Part shown: positions 52,096-64,000 of the stretch, in pieces | How positions within the stretch are numbered: the stretch's first letter is position 1 | Layout: every line of letters begins with the position of its first letter | Source of the DNA: Octopus vulgaris | Taxonomy: Eukaryota | NCBI GenBank assembly: GCA_951406725.2 | Contig: OX597838.1 | Span: 35,402,001-35,466,000, forward strand | Direction of reading: 5' to 3' | Length of the DNA: 64,000 nucleotides | Translations under genes and position numbers: made by a program | Notes under the pieces: generated by a model | Told to the model about the DNA's origin: nothing | Database searches by the model: none | Seen by the model: the letters and a program-made list of their open reading frames with translations, nothing else

Positions 52096-52639
52096 AAAAA
52101 ATGTGTGCATATATATTTGTGTGTTTGTGTGTATATATCTGTATATATACATATATAAATACACACACATACACACAACATCGTTTTACCACCATTTTTC
52201 TATGTTTTGTGTTAGCTGGATTTTTAAAACTAAGTTTCATTGTTGGTTGCCCTTCCTGTCACGAGCCCTTTTTGTCATCTCTCTCCACTTTAGCATAAAA
52301 TTCTGTTTGTCAGGGCACATAATTCTGTGCTTTATCATATGTATGTTTATATTAGGCATTTTACCATTTAGTTTTAGGCTTAGATCTAAGTGTAAAGAGG
52401 AGTCTTGTCTTTGATAATCGTGTGCTTATCATTCCATTAGGTTGTTCATTGTTCACAGCTCCTTTACGAAACATCGACAACACCACACCAAACCATCGAT
52501 TCTTTCCTTCCCTATCTCATAAAAATGTTTACCCCAAGTTAACTAATTATTTTGCATTTTCAACAAGACAAAATAGATTTAAAAGTCAATGAAGATTGTG
52601 TGAATGATGTTAAGGTATCAACAATCTGTGATGTTCAGT

Positions 52640-52760
52640 CACTTCTTCTTCTTCTTCTTCTTCTTCTTCACCTTCTTCTTCACCTTCTTCTTCACCTTCT
52701 TCTTCTTCTTCACCTTCTTCTTCTTCTTCTTCTTCTCCTTCTTCGTCTCTGCCTCCTCCT
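52640..52760. repeat. (CTT)n with CAC interruptions
   Basis: Read directly from the sequence. Confidence 0.9.
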
Positions 52761-52764
52761 CTAA

Positions 52765-52971
52765 TGCAGTGAGCTAACCCTAACATGCTGGGCAAAAATA
52801 TTTAGTGGCATTTCATCTGATTTTACATTCCAAGTTCAAATTCCACCGAGGTTGACTTTGCCTTCCATCCTTTTGGGGTTCAATAAATTAAGTACCAGTG
52901 AAACACTGGGGTCGATGTAATCAACTATCTTCCTTCCCCAAATTTCAAACCTTGTACCTATTGTAGAAAAG

Positions 52972-53003
<32 letters not shown>

Positions 53004-53571
53004 TTATTAAGAAGGTGGTGAGCTGGCCAGATCATCAACATGTCAGACAAATTGTTGAGCAGTATTTTGTCTGTGTTTATGTTCAACTTCTGCTAAGATG
53101 TCATCCTTCTGGGGTTGATAAAATGAGTACCATTTAAGCACTGGGGGTCAATTAACTATGCCCTCTCCCCAAATTTCAGGCCTTTTTCCTATAGTAGATT
53201 GAATTCTTATTTTATTACTATTATAATTAATAAGGTATCAAGCTGGCAGAATCATTATTAGCATATCTGACAAAATGTTTCTTCTGGTTTTGTAAGCCGG
53301 GTTCAAATTCTGTTCAGGTTTAATGGTTAATAGAATAAGTACCTATTTCTTTATTACCCACAAGGGGCTAAACATAGAGGGGACAAACAAGGACAGACAG
53401 AGGGATTAAGTCGATTACATCGACCCCAGTGCGTAACTGGTACTTAATTTATCGACCCCGAAAGGATGAAAGGCAAAGTCGACCTTAGCGGAATTTGAAC
53501 TCAGAACATAACGGCAGACGAAATACCCCTAGGCATTTCGCCTGGCGTGCTAACGTTTCTGCCAGCTCACC
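52765..53571. mobile_element. Three degenerate + strand family A SINEs followed by a young - strand family A copy (53344-53571)
   Basis: Family A central domain repeated. Confidence 0.8.
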
Positions 53572-53878
53572 GACCAAAGCCTTGTGAGTGGATTTGGTAG
53601 ATGGAAACTGAAAGAAGCTCGTCGTATATATGCATATATATATATGTGTGTGTATGTTTATGTGCCTGTGTTTATCCCCCCCCCCAACATCACTTGACAA
53701 CCGATGCTGTTGTCTTTATGTCCCCATAACTTAGTGGTTTGGCATAAGAGACCAATAGAATAAGTACTAGGCTTACAAAGAATAAGTCCTGGGGTCAATT
53801 TGCTTGACTAAAGGTGGTGCTCCAGCATGGCCACAGTCAAATGACTGAAACAAGTGAAAGAGAGAGAGAGAGTATGAG

Positions 53879-53917
<39 letters not shown>

Positions 53918-53932
53918 TATATATATATATAT

Positions 53933-54378
53933 GATATGGAAATTGCAGCTGTGGTTAAGCGAACCATCCGATCGTGGCCGTTGTCAGCGCTGCCCTGACT
54001 GGCCTCCGTGCTGGTGGCACGTAAAAGCACCATCCGTTCGTGTCCGTTGCCAGCCTCGCCTGGCCCCCGTACCAGTGACACGTAGCACCATCCATGCATG
54101 GCCGTTGCCAGCCTCGCCTGGCCCCCGTGCCAGTGGCACGTAAAAGCACCATCCGTTCGTGGCTGTTTGCCAGCTCCGTCTGGCACCTGTGCGGGTGGCA
54201 CGTAAAAAGCACCCACTACACTCACGGAGTGGTTGGCGTTAGGAAGAGCATCCAGCCGTAGAAACACTGCCAGATCAGACTGGGCCTGATGCAGCCTTCT
54301 GGCTTCACAGACCCAAGTTGAACCATCCAACCCATGCTAGCATGGAAAGCGGATGCTAAATGATGATGATGATGATGA
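53933..54378 (+). mobile_element. RTE LINE 3' UTR with ~60-bp tandem modules and (GAT)n tail
   Basis: CACGTA at 54018, 54079, 54137 and 54199; tail matches 15090-15280. Confidence 0.88.
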
Positions 54379-55034
54379 TTAGAAAGAGAGAACAAGAAGG
54401 GAGAAGTGTTGAGGAGTCAAATTTAATGTAGACTGCAAATATCAAAAGCTATGATACATGTGATTTGAATAGGTGAGAAAATAGGCTATTGGCAAGGGGC
54501 TGATTCCATACAAAACTTATACTATGTCTAAATCTGTCATAACAAAACCTCCCCATGGAAAAACTTCAAAAAGGAAAAAAAACAATAAAAACAAAATGAA
54601 AGTCTTAAGCAACTTGGAGGAATTATACTTTTGATATGCCTTGTATGGCATCTTAGAAATTTTCCCATGTTAATCGAGAGAATAAAAAAAAATATATATA
54701 TATAAAAACGATAAAAAAACAACAAATGAATGAAAAATACAAAAATATCATCAAAAAGAACAAAATAAATAATAATAATAATAATAATAACAATAATAAT
54801 AATAATAATAAACAAAGAGAAAAAACAATTAAAACCAAAATTTTCAAACCTCAATTGACATGATAAAAAAAATAAAAAAATAGAAAGAAAATAAAAATAC
54901 AAATAACGAAATAAAAGGATGCAAACACATTTTTCAATTCTCCTTTCAAGACCACACTTTTCTACTGACATGTTTTGAGAAATATTTATATTTATTATTT
55001 GTGAATTTTCAAAAACTACAAGAAACAAACAAAC

Positions 55035-55080
<46 letters not shown>

Positions 55081-55959
55081 GCAAAGTAAATAAATAATAG
55101 AATGAAAATAGAAAGAATTTAGAATTTAGCATTTTTTCATTTTTTTTTTAGATGTGATTCATATACATGTATTTATATATACATTTATGTATATTTATAC
55201 TCTATATATGTAGATATACATCTATATGTATGTATATGTATATGTATAAATATATATATATATATATATATATGTATAAATATATATATATATATTTATA
55301 TATATATATATTTATATATATATTTATATATCTATATTTATTTATATATATATATATATATACATACACATACACACATATATATATATATAAACTTCCC
55401 TACATCTTTAATATTCTGAAAATGATTAAAATAGTGCTTTTGTTGTTGTTTTTCTAAATTCTCTCATTCTCCCCCCACTCACCCACCTGCACACATACAC
55501 ACACACACACACACACACATGCTCCTCCCTCATTGACTTTCCCTCTTGCCTCTCATAAGGTTTATTATTTCGCCACAGCTTTCGTTTCTTAGTCGAACTT
55601 CAAACAAGCAAACAAAGCCAAAAAATAACAACAACAACAACAACAACAAAAAAACCCCTTGCAAAACAACAACAAATGAGAAACAAAAACTATATGAAAA
55701 AAAAAAAAAAAGAGTTTGTAAAGCATTGTAAATTAACACGCCTCTGAAATGATGGTCGGTTATATCATGTTGAAAGGAAAAGATGAAAATGAAAAAAAAA
55801 AAAGGAAAATTAAAAAAAAAAATAGAGAGGAAAAAAATAAAACCTACAAAATATGTGACAAAAAGAAAATAAAAATTATCACATCCATGAATGATTTCTG
55901 GAAAATTATTTATTCCAAAAATGTTTTATGTGTGTAGTCTTAAGTATAATTGTCACCGT

Positions 55960-56570
55960 AATCTTCATCATCATCCCCTGGTGTTAATATTACTTTCATG
56001 ATCATTATCATCACTGTCATCATCACCACCGTCATCATCACCACCGTCATCATCGGCTGAGGGTAGTAACCCAACATGGCTGCTGCCCAATGACTGAAAC
56101 TTGTAAAAGAATAATTATGTTCTTCACCATCATCATCATCATCATCATCATCATCACCATCATAGTCATCGTCGCAAACATCATCACCATCACCACAATC
56201 ATCGTCATGAATATCAGTGATCGTCATCACCACTACCACCATAATCACCACCACCACCACCACAGTCATTATCATGAACCTCATCACCGCCATCACAATC
56301 ATCGTCAAGAACATCAGTCACTACCATCACCACTACCACCACAATCACCAACGCCACCACCAACAGCTACAACCACCAGAATCATTACTACCATCATCAT
56401 CGTTGTCATCATCATCAATACCACTACCACAATCATCATCTCTCTCTCCACAAACATCAGTCATCATTGTCATCATCATCATAACGATCATCATTATCAT
56501 TACTATTTCACAGATATCATCATCATCATCACATTGCTATTATCACTTTTGTCATCGTCGTCGTACCACT
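55960..56570. repeat. Degenerate (CAT/CAC)n low-complexity tract
   Basis: Read directly from the sequence. Confidence 0.9.
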
Positions 56571-57540
56571 TATTAATGTTACAGATGTCAGTGTGGCTAA
56601 TCTTATGTAGCTTCAGTTTCTCATTGGTTCCAACTGTTGTGTGGAGGCTGAGTGGGTAGGTAAGTGCCTATTTGTTCAGGAGACATGTGCAAGTTGTTTT
56701 GAAATTGCTAGATAGAACAGAACTCCACAAACTCGGAGATTTATTGCTTTCTCCGTGTCCATTTCTCATTATCTCTTAGTTTATTGTATTTTTCTTTTCC
56801 AGAGACATTCATTTTGCAGTCTGCACTCCCATGAACGTGCATGCGTATACACACACACACACACACACACACAGAATGAGGATATCATCATCATCATCAT
56901 TGTCATCACTTAATGTTCCCTCTTCTATGCTTGCATGGGTCAGATGGAATCTGTTGAGGCAGATCTTTTACGGCTGAATGTTCTTCCTGTTGCCAACCCT
57001 CGCATATTTCCAACTCAAAGTATTTTGTGATAACCAGATTTGTTTTCCATGGAAGACGTGGAAACAAACAACCTCACTTGTATAACAGTGATGCTCATTT
57101 ACAATCATTGCATATGTCAGACAAGAGTACACACAAATATATCATCATCATCGTTTAGCATCCATTTTCCATGCTGGCATGGGCTAGACAGTTTAAATGG
57201 GGATGGAAAGCCAGGTAGCTGTACTAGGGTCCAGTCTGTTTTGGCATGGTTTCTACTGCTGGATACCCTTCTTAATACCAACCACTCCACAGAGTGTGCC
57301 TGGTTTTTATTACATGTCACCGACATGGATGCCTTTCATGTATCACTGGCTACATCTACAATTTCACTTTGCTTGACATATCTTCTGAAGCAGGTTCCAT
57401 CGCTCTAATCAACTCTTATGGTTCCTCTCCATGCTGATGTCCATCTATCTGTTCATATCCTTCACCATTCTACACTTGCTGACACATTACCTTCTTCTAT
57501 AAGTGGATGATGTATGATTAAATAATGCAATTAAATCATA

Positions 57541-57842
57541 CTAGCAGTATCGCCCGGTGTTGCTCGGGTTTGTAAGGGAAATAACTATATAAGCATTTTT
57601 AGACAGTTACTTCCCTTATATAATAGCAGAAAATGCATTAAAAATGGGAAAAAATTATGGTAAATTTTTTTTTAAATCGTAGACTCATCGTAGACGTGCG
57701 CTAATACCCAGAAGGGCTCGATAGGAATCACGACTATAAGATACCCACTTTTGGTTAAACTGCACCGCAAAATGTGGGAGTAGTTAGGAATCTAAATCGG
57801 AGGAGACAGACACTTACACAACTTCACTTTTATATATAAAGA
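57541..57842 (-). mobile_element. Non-autonomous Helitron sharing its 3' end with 6182-6565
   Basis: Minus strand TCTTTATATATAAAAG ... CCCGAGCAACACCGGG CGATACTGCTAG, between A and T. Confidence 0.8.
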
Positions 57843-57998
57843 TATCATCATCGTTATTTAATGTCTGTTTTCATGCTGGCATAGGTTGAACAGTTTGACA
57901 GGAGTGGCAGTCCAGAGGACTGCAATGAGCTCCAATCTCTGCTTTGTTTCTACAGCTGGATGCTCTCCTTAATGTGCACTGCTTTACAGAAAATAGTG

Positions 57999-58229
57999 GG
58001 TGGCAAGCTGGCAGAAACAATAGTACGCCATGCAAAATGCTTATCGGTATTTCGTCTGCTGCTATGTTCTGAGTTCAAATTCCACCGAGGTCAACTTTGC
58101 CTTTCATCCTTTCGGGGTCGACTAAATAAGTACTAGTTACACACTGGGGTCGATATAATCGACTTAATCCGTTTGTCTGTCCTTGTTTGTCCCTTCTATG
58201 TGTAGCCCCTTGTGGGCAGTAAAGAAATA
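57999..58229 (+). mobile_element. SINE family A with TSD
   Basis: AGAAAATAGTG(GGTGG) duplicated on both sides. Confidence 0.88.
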
Positions 58230-58869
58230 AGAAAATAGTGGGTGGTTTTTATGTGAGAGAACTGATACAATCATTAATAACTCGCAAGACACATACACAT
58301 ATATGACTTGTGTGTGTGAAAGAAAGAGAGAGAGAGAGAGAGAACTGGATTATGAAGGTAGTGAGACAGAATAAGCAGTGAAAGAGAAGGAATATTAGAG
58401 TCAAGTGGTTGGGCAGTGATGTCATCATTATCGTCATCATAGCTTCAGTGACTATTTTTTTTAATGCTTGCATAGATAAGATGAAATTAAGACTCATTTT
58501 CTGTGGCTGGATGTCCTTCCTGTCACCAACCCTCACCTGTTTTCGAGCAAAGTAACATTTCTCCACAGTCAGATATGTTACTCGTGGAAAACTGTAAAGA
58601 AAGGATACCGTTTTTGCACAAGTGGTAACTTGACTTACAATCTGTATGTGGTGTGAAGGCAAGGAGATATGTAAACAAGAAACTTCTTTCAGTTTCTGTC
58701 AATCAGATTCATTCACAAGACTTTGGCCACCCTGGGGTTATAACGGAAGACATTTGCCCAAGTTGCCATGCTATGTGGTTTCAGATTACTTTGTCGAATC
58801 TTATGTTTGTTAATTCATGTATTTTTTAACTGATTATGCGTTATCTCATAGCTTCAAGGTTTCAATGTG

Positions 58870-59130
58870 AAGTGGTTGGCATTTGGGCGAGCATCCAGCT
58901 AAAAGAACCATGCCAAAACTGACCTCGCCTGTGCTGGTGCCACGTCAAAAGCACCCAGTCTACTCTGCAGGGTGGTTGGTGTTAGGAAGGGCATCCAGCC
59001 GTAAAAAAACCCATTACAGAACGGATACAGTATCTTGGTGTAGTCTTCTGTCTGGCCGGCTCCTGCCAAACCGTCCAACCCATGCCAGCATGGAAGGCAG
59101 ATGTTGATGATGAAGATGATGATGGTGATG
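58870..59130 (+). mobile_element. RTE LINE 3' tail fragment
   Basis: GTGGTTGGTGTTAGGAAGGGCATCCAGCCGTA..AAACCGTCCAACCCATGCCAGCATGGAAGGCAGATGTT(GAT)n. Confidence 0.8.
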
Positions 59131-60310
59131 ATTGTTCGTTTTTGGAAAGACATTGTAGGATAGGTGTGAGAGGTTGGATCTGGCCAATTTGAAAATGAAA
59201 TACATAGAATATTTGGGCCGGATATGGCTGGTTTACATGCTAAGGGTTAAACCTGAAACCACATAGCTGCACATAGCCACACACACACACACACACACAC
59301 ACACGCATGCGCGCACTTATCCATGTATCTCCCCTACAGCAAGGCACCTATCTCTATCCCTCTATACTTGTGAACTCTCATCAATCCGACTGAAAGCCAC
59401 CTCTCTCAGTACTACTCTCCACTTCCAGTCGAGGGGTTATTGTCTTGCAAGTTACTTGGTGACCCTGTCGGTGCTGGTGCCACATAAAAAGAAAAAAAAG
59501 CACCCAGAACACTCTGTAAAGTGGTTGACATTAGGAAGAGCACTGAGCCATTGAAACCATGCCGAAACAGACAATAGAGTCTGGTGCAACCCATGTCTTT
59601 GCCAGCTCCTGTCAAATACGTGCCATCCTTGCTACATTCACTCATCTTTTTTTGAAACATTCCCTAGACAAATCTTGCCTCTCTACTCTCACTTTCCTTT
59701 TCAAGTGATACTTGAAGAAGTTGATGAGAGATTGACCAGAGAGGAAAGTGTTTGTCTCCAAAGCAGGTGTTTGAAACATAAATTCACATGAAATTTTGAT
59801 GTAAAGGTTTTAATTTAGATCTCTTTAAAACTGGGAATTTCAATGGTTTCAGGCAGGTTGGTATGAAAATGGTTAGCATGGAAAATGGACGTTAAATGAT
59901 GACGTGGATGATGATGATGATGATGACGACATAGTTCAAAACTGACTTTCTGTGAATTCTAAGAAATACAGCTTTTCCAAGCTGTGTGCTCTTTGTTGGA
60001 AGAGACTGATGAGATAGAAATGTATAGAAATATGTAGGTAGATAGAGGGAGAGCACAATTGAGTAATATAGCTAATGAGATTTACTAAAGAGTGAGTAAC
60101 GCAGAGTGAGAGAAGGGGAGAGAGAGAGAGAGAGAGATTTATCAATATAGTCAGGTATAATTTTCTTAGGTTTCTGTGAATAATATTTGTTTCATTTTCC
60201 CAAATTGACTAATATATTAACTGTCAGCTATCTTTTTTTGGGGGGGGGGGGTTGAGGGAGACGGGGGGTGAGGTGGGGGGTGCAAGTTAACTTGATCGCA
60301 TCTCAAGATA

Positions 60311-60437
60311 ATGTGTATTGGTCTGTCTAAAGACAAGTATAAACACTTCGTCGATTGTCTCTTATCTGGTCTGAGAAGACATTGTCGAGGAATTAGAGTA
60401 AAGAGAAGGAAACAAAGCAATTCTTTCTGTGATTTCG
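60311..60437 (+). CDS. Candidate first coding exon MCIGLSKDKYKHFVDCLLSGLRRHCRGIRVKRRKQSNSFCDF(G), phase-1 donor
   Basis: Unique sequence; upstream in-frame TGA at 60293; 42 open codons; donor TTCG|GTAAAT at 60437/60438. Confidence 0.3.
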
Positions 60438-60673
60438 GTAAATATATCTTGGAGTTGTACTGGTGATATGATCTGACACTCTGCATTGAAACTGTGATTT
60501 GATCTTAAACTGTATGTGATGACTGAAGCAATTAGATCATCAAAGAACCATTATAACCATTTTTGTAGAGAACTCCTCTCAACGACCAATTTTTCAGTTG
60601 TGTGATGAAAATTTCGATATCTCAAAGAATTCTACAGTATTTTGTGTATTTTTTTGTTTTTATGACTAATAAA

Positions 60674-60836
60674 AGGCGCAGGAGTGGCTGTGTGGTAAGT
60701 AGCTTGCTAACCAACCACATGGTTCCGGGTTCAGTCCCACTGCGTGGCACCTTGGGCAAGTGTCTTCTGCTATAGCCCCGGGCCGACCAATGCCTTGTGA
60801 GTGGATTTGGTAGATGGAAACTGAAAGAAGCCTGTC

Positions 60837-60898
<62 letters not shown>

Positions 60899-61100
60899 TT
60901 GTGTGTCTGTGTTTGTCCCCCTAGCATTGCTTGACAACCGATGCTGGTGTGTTTACATCCCCGTCACTTAGCGGTTCTGCAAAAAGAGACCACTAGAATA
61001 AGTACTAGGCATACAAAGAATAAGTCCCGGGGTCGATTTTGCTTGACTAAAGTCGGTGCTCCAGCATGGCCGCAGTCAAATGACTGAAACAAGTAAATGA
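60674..61100 (+). mobile_element. SINE family B, full length
   Basis: GGCGCAGGAGTGGCTGTGTGGTAAG...TGACTGAAACAAGTAA. Confidence 0.92.
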
Positions 61101-61621
61101 GAAAAGAGAAAGAGAGAAATATGGCTTTTCTGCAATCTGTCATGTTTGCTGATGTATAAGATGTGCTTTTTCTTGTATTTAACTGTATTAGAACAACCAG
61201 GAAAGAATCGCAAGATGGATTCTTCATGCTAAGACAACTGACAGGAGATCTAGTGGGGTAGACCAAGAAGGTGATGGTTGGATAACATCCATAGTCTCAG
61301 TTGGTCATTCCTGGGAATCCAACCGGGAAGTGCAATGACAGTTGCCTTATGGAGGATGTGCCTGAGGACACTATCCTATGACTGGCAGGAGAGACCTAGG
61401 AGCAGACCAAGAGTGAGACAGTCGGATAATGTCTATAGTCTTAGTTGATCACACTTGGGAATGATGGTCACACTTAGAATCTCTGACCGTTTAGCATTCA
61501 AACTGACCATATCAGGCCAAAATATTTTACCTGTTTTATATTCAAACTGCCTCCTCACAGCAACCTTACGATATCATTCTAAAAATTACACGTTAGCTCA
61601 TGAAAATCTCAAAACTACGAG

Positions 61622-62250
61622 ATCATCATCATCATCATCATCATCATCATTGTTCGACCGTGGTTGAGACAATGGAATTTACCATGGTACGCCAGACTTC
61701 CCGGTCCATCATGGCATTACGGAGGTCCTGTTGCTGGATGCCTGTATCCCTGGAGATTACATCAGCATAGGAGAGTGTGCGCCCTCTGGTATTGCGAGTA
61801 GATGGCTTCCAGAGGAGAAGAGTAGAAATTGCCTCGTTTTCAGCTCTACAACAATGTCCAGCAAACTGGACTCTCCTACCTTTCACAAGAGATGACACAG
61901 GTGGTAGTTTCCCATATATTTGCATTTTGGTTGGATGACGCTTCCACGAGAGATTTTGAGCTCTCATAAGGAGGCGAGTGTATGTTCCATCCAACCGCCT
62001 CTCAAGCTTCTTTGATAATGTCCAGGTTTATGAGCCATAGAGTAGAATTGGTTAGACTGTGGCTTTGAAGATTTCAAGTTTGAAGTCTCTACTTAGATTT
62101 GATGACCAGATCTTATGCATGTCATTACAGGCTGACCAGGCCATACCCTTTCTAGTTAGAAAATCTTTTCCAGATGATGATATGTATGACCCAAGATATT
62201 TGTAATCAGAAACCATATTTAAGGGCGCATTGTTGAGAGTACGATACACG
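61622..62250 (-). mobile_element. 5'-truncated RTE-X/RTE-like LINE 3' end with in-frame stops and (GAT)n tail
   Basis: DYKYLGSYI..RKGMAWSAC..IFKATV*PILLYGS*TWTL..RLDGTYTRLL..NLSWKRHPT..RRVQFAGHC..LLLWKP..RGR..MMDREVWR. Confidence 0.9.
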
Positions 62251-63199
62251 ATTTATTCCAAACAATGTAAATAAATAAGCATTACTTTTAATGAAATGAT
62301 TTGAATGCTGAAGTGCTAATGACAGTTGCTTCTGATGGAAGAAGTGCCTGAGGACACTACTTCTATGATCTCCCAGGAATAGTGGGCAAAGAAGATGGAT
62401 GGATAAAAAAAATTGCAGTTGTATTACAGATGGGAGCCTGAGTGTTGTAGGCCAAAGAGCTGAATAAACATAAGTCTACTAGGCACAGTAAGTGTTATGA
62501 GTTAGAAAATATTGAAATCAAGCCAAAATAACACTGCCTATTTTTCGCAGACTTCGAAAAATTGGCAGAGGTCTCATCAATTCATTATACCCTTCTTCCC
62601 CAGCATACATAACCCTGACGTGTGTCTTGCATTATTTAATGACTGTTACCTTTAAGAAACCTTTTATATCATCATCATCAATATTTAACATCTGCCTTCC
62701 ATGCTGGCATGAGTTGGACAGTTTGATAGGAGCTGGCCAGGTGGAAGACTGCACTAAACATCTGTGTCTGTTTTGGCATAGTTTTTATGGCTGGATGTCC
62801 TCCCTAACACCAACCACCCCACAGAGTGGACTGAATGCCTTTTGTGTGGCACCAGCACAGGCAGGGTCATCAAGTAACTTTCAAGACAAGGAATCTCTGA
62901 GAGGGGAGGGGTGGAGGTGATATTGTGCCAGATGATGAAAGGTTAGAATGTGACAGAGAGAGACTGAGAGGCAGAAACAGGTGTCTTGCTGTAAAGGAGA
63001 TACATGGTTACCTGGCCAGAGAAATAGATAGATAGATAGATAGATAGATGGAGAGAGAGAGAGAGAGAGAGATCTACTAAATGATCAAAGAACAACCACC
63101 ACCAATAATTCTCAAAAAGAACAACAGTAATAACAAACAACCTGCTGGGAAACAACAGCCAAATCTGATATTTTATTTATATTGCTTTTATTATGAGAA

Positions 63200-63345
63200 A
63201 TACAAGTCTTTTTCTGTTTTTATAATTTAATCTGGAGTAAGGGCTGTATCCATGGTCTTTACAACCCTTCCTGCACTTCCTGACCAGTGACATTGATATG
63301 GTTGATGTTCTCTTTGCTCCATACCTTGTATGGTCTTTGTTCTCC
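63200..63345 (-). pseudogene. Possible frameshifted pipsqueak-type HTH remnant (pogo-like transposase N-terminus)
   Basis: Joining two minus frames gives YKVWSKENINH/SMSLVRK..RKGCKDHG.SPYSRLNYK, loosely like the psq consensus Y..W..E....A...V...R.A...YG.P.STL. Confidence 0.3.
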
Positions 63346-64000
63346 ACACTTGAGTGACTTCTTTGAAAGGCTTGCCAATAATGGAATTTGCTGGGACTTG
63401 TAAATGTTTGTGACAGGCTTGGCATTAACAGGACTTGTTGACATTGTTCATTGTCTTTGAAGAGCTTGGTGTTAATGGATTTGCTAAATATAGATTTGGT
63501 TCTTGAACTGTTCTATGACACACACTCACACATGCACATGCCTAACGAACCAAACAACCAATGAAAAATTTAGAAAATTTAGCATACAGAAATATATAGG
63601 AATTATCCAGTAATTTTTTTGCTAGTTTATTTTGCTTTTTTGTCTTCTCTCCTGGTGCTGTATGAACATTCAATGTGGTTTCAGAGTCAATTTTTGACTG
63701 GTATTTCCAGTGTGGCAGTATCTCTTAGCTACCCTAAATTATAATTTTAAATAATTATTACCTTTGAAAGGTTTTTATTCTCATACTGGCCACCTGATAA
63801 GATTAGTATTTAAATATCGATCTTATCCATATTTATATAAATACAAATATATATATATATATATCTCAATTTGTATATATATATATATATATATACAAAT
63901 TGAGATAGGGGTTGTAAATGCAACCCTCTATGGGATAACGTATATCCAATATACTGCTAGTGAAGTACCCAACAAAGTTAATACATAAATGTTAATGATT

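Noticed and set aside
56090-56659. His/Ile/Thr-rich 189-aa ORF
   Set aside because: Degenerate (CAT/CAC)n tract that begins inside a SINE tail remnant
60005-60030. CTGATGA-GATA-GAAA as a hammerhead
   Set aside because: No helix II pair and no helix I complementarity

Overview
AT-rich, repeat-saturated eukaryotic DNA. The SINE families, RTE/CR1 LINE remnants and very dense (TA)n/(CA)n/(AAT)n/(CAT)n microsatellites look most like an octopod cephalopod (Octopus-type) genome; this is inferred from sequence style only. No complete host gene can be read, and almost all entries in the ORF track are microsatellite or SINE artefacts. Supported content: at least four tRNA-headed SINE families (several with target-site duplications), 5'-truncated RTE, RTE-X-like and CR1 LINE pieces, two Tc1/mariner transposase remnants (DD37D-like and DD35E-like spacing), hAT and piggyBac-type MITEs, and two non-autonomous Helitrons. 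Most notable are: two Penelope-type inserts carrying a minimal hammerhead-ribozyme fold with a variant core; an RTE reverse transcriptase with a PHD-type zinc finger inserted inside the RT; a chimeric 211-bp tandem array made of an RT fragment plus a segment copied from ~1.6 kb downstream; a 550-bp highly structured insert in a (TA)n tract; and three candidate phase-1 ATG-containing exons on the + strand that may be alternative first exons of a large gene.
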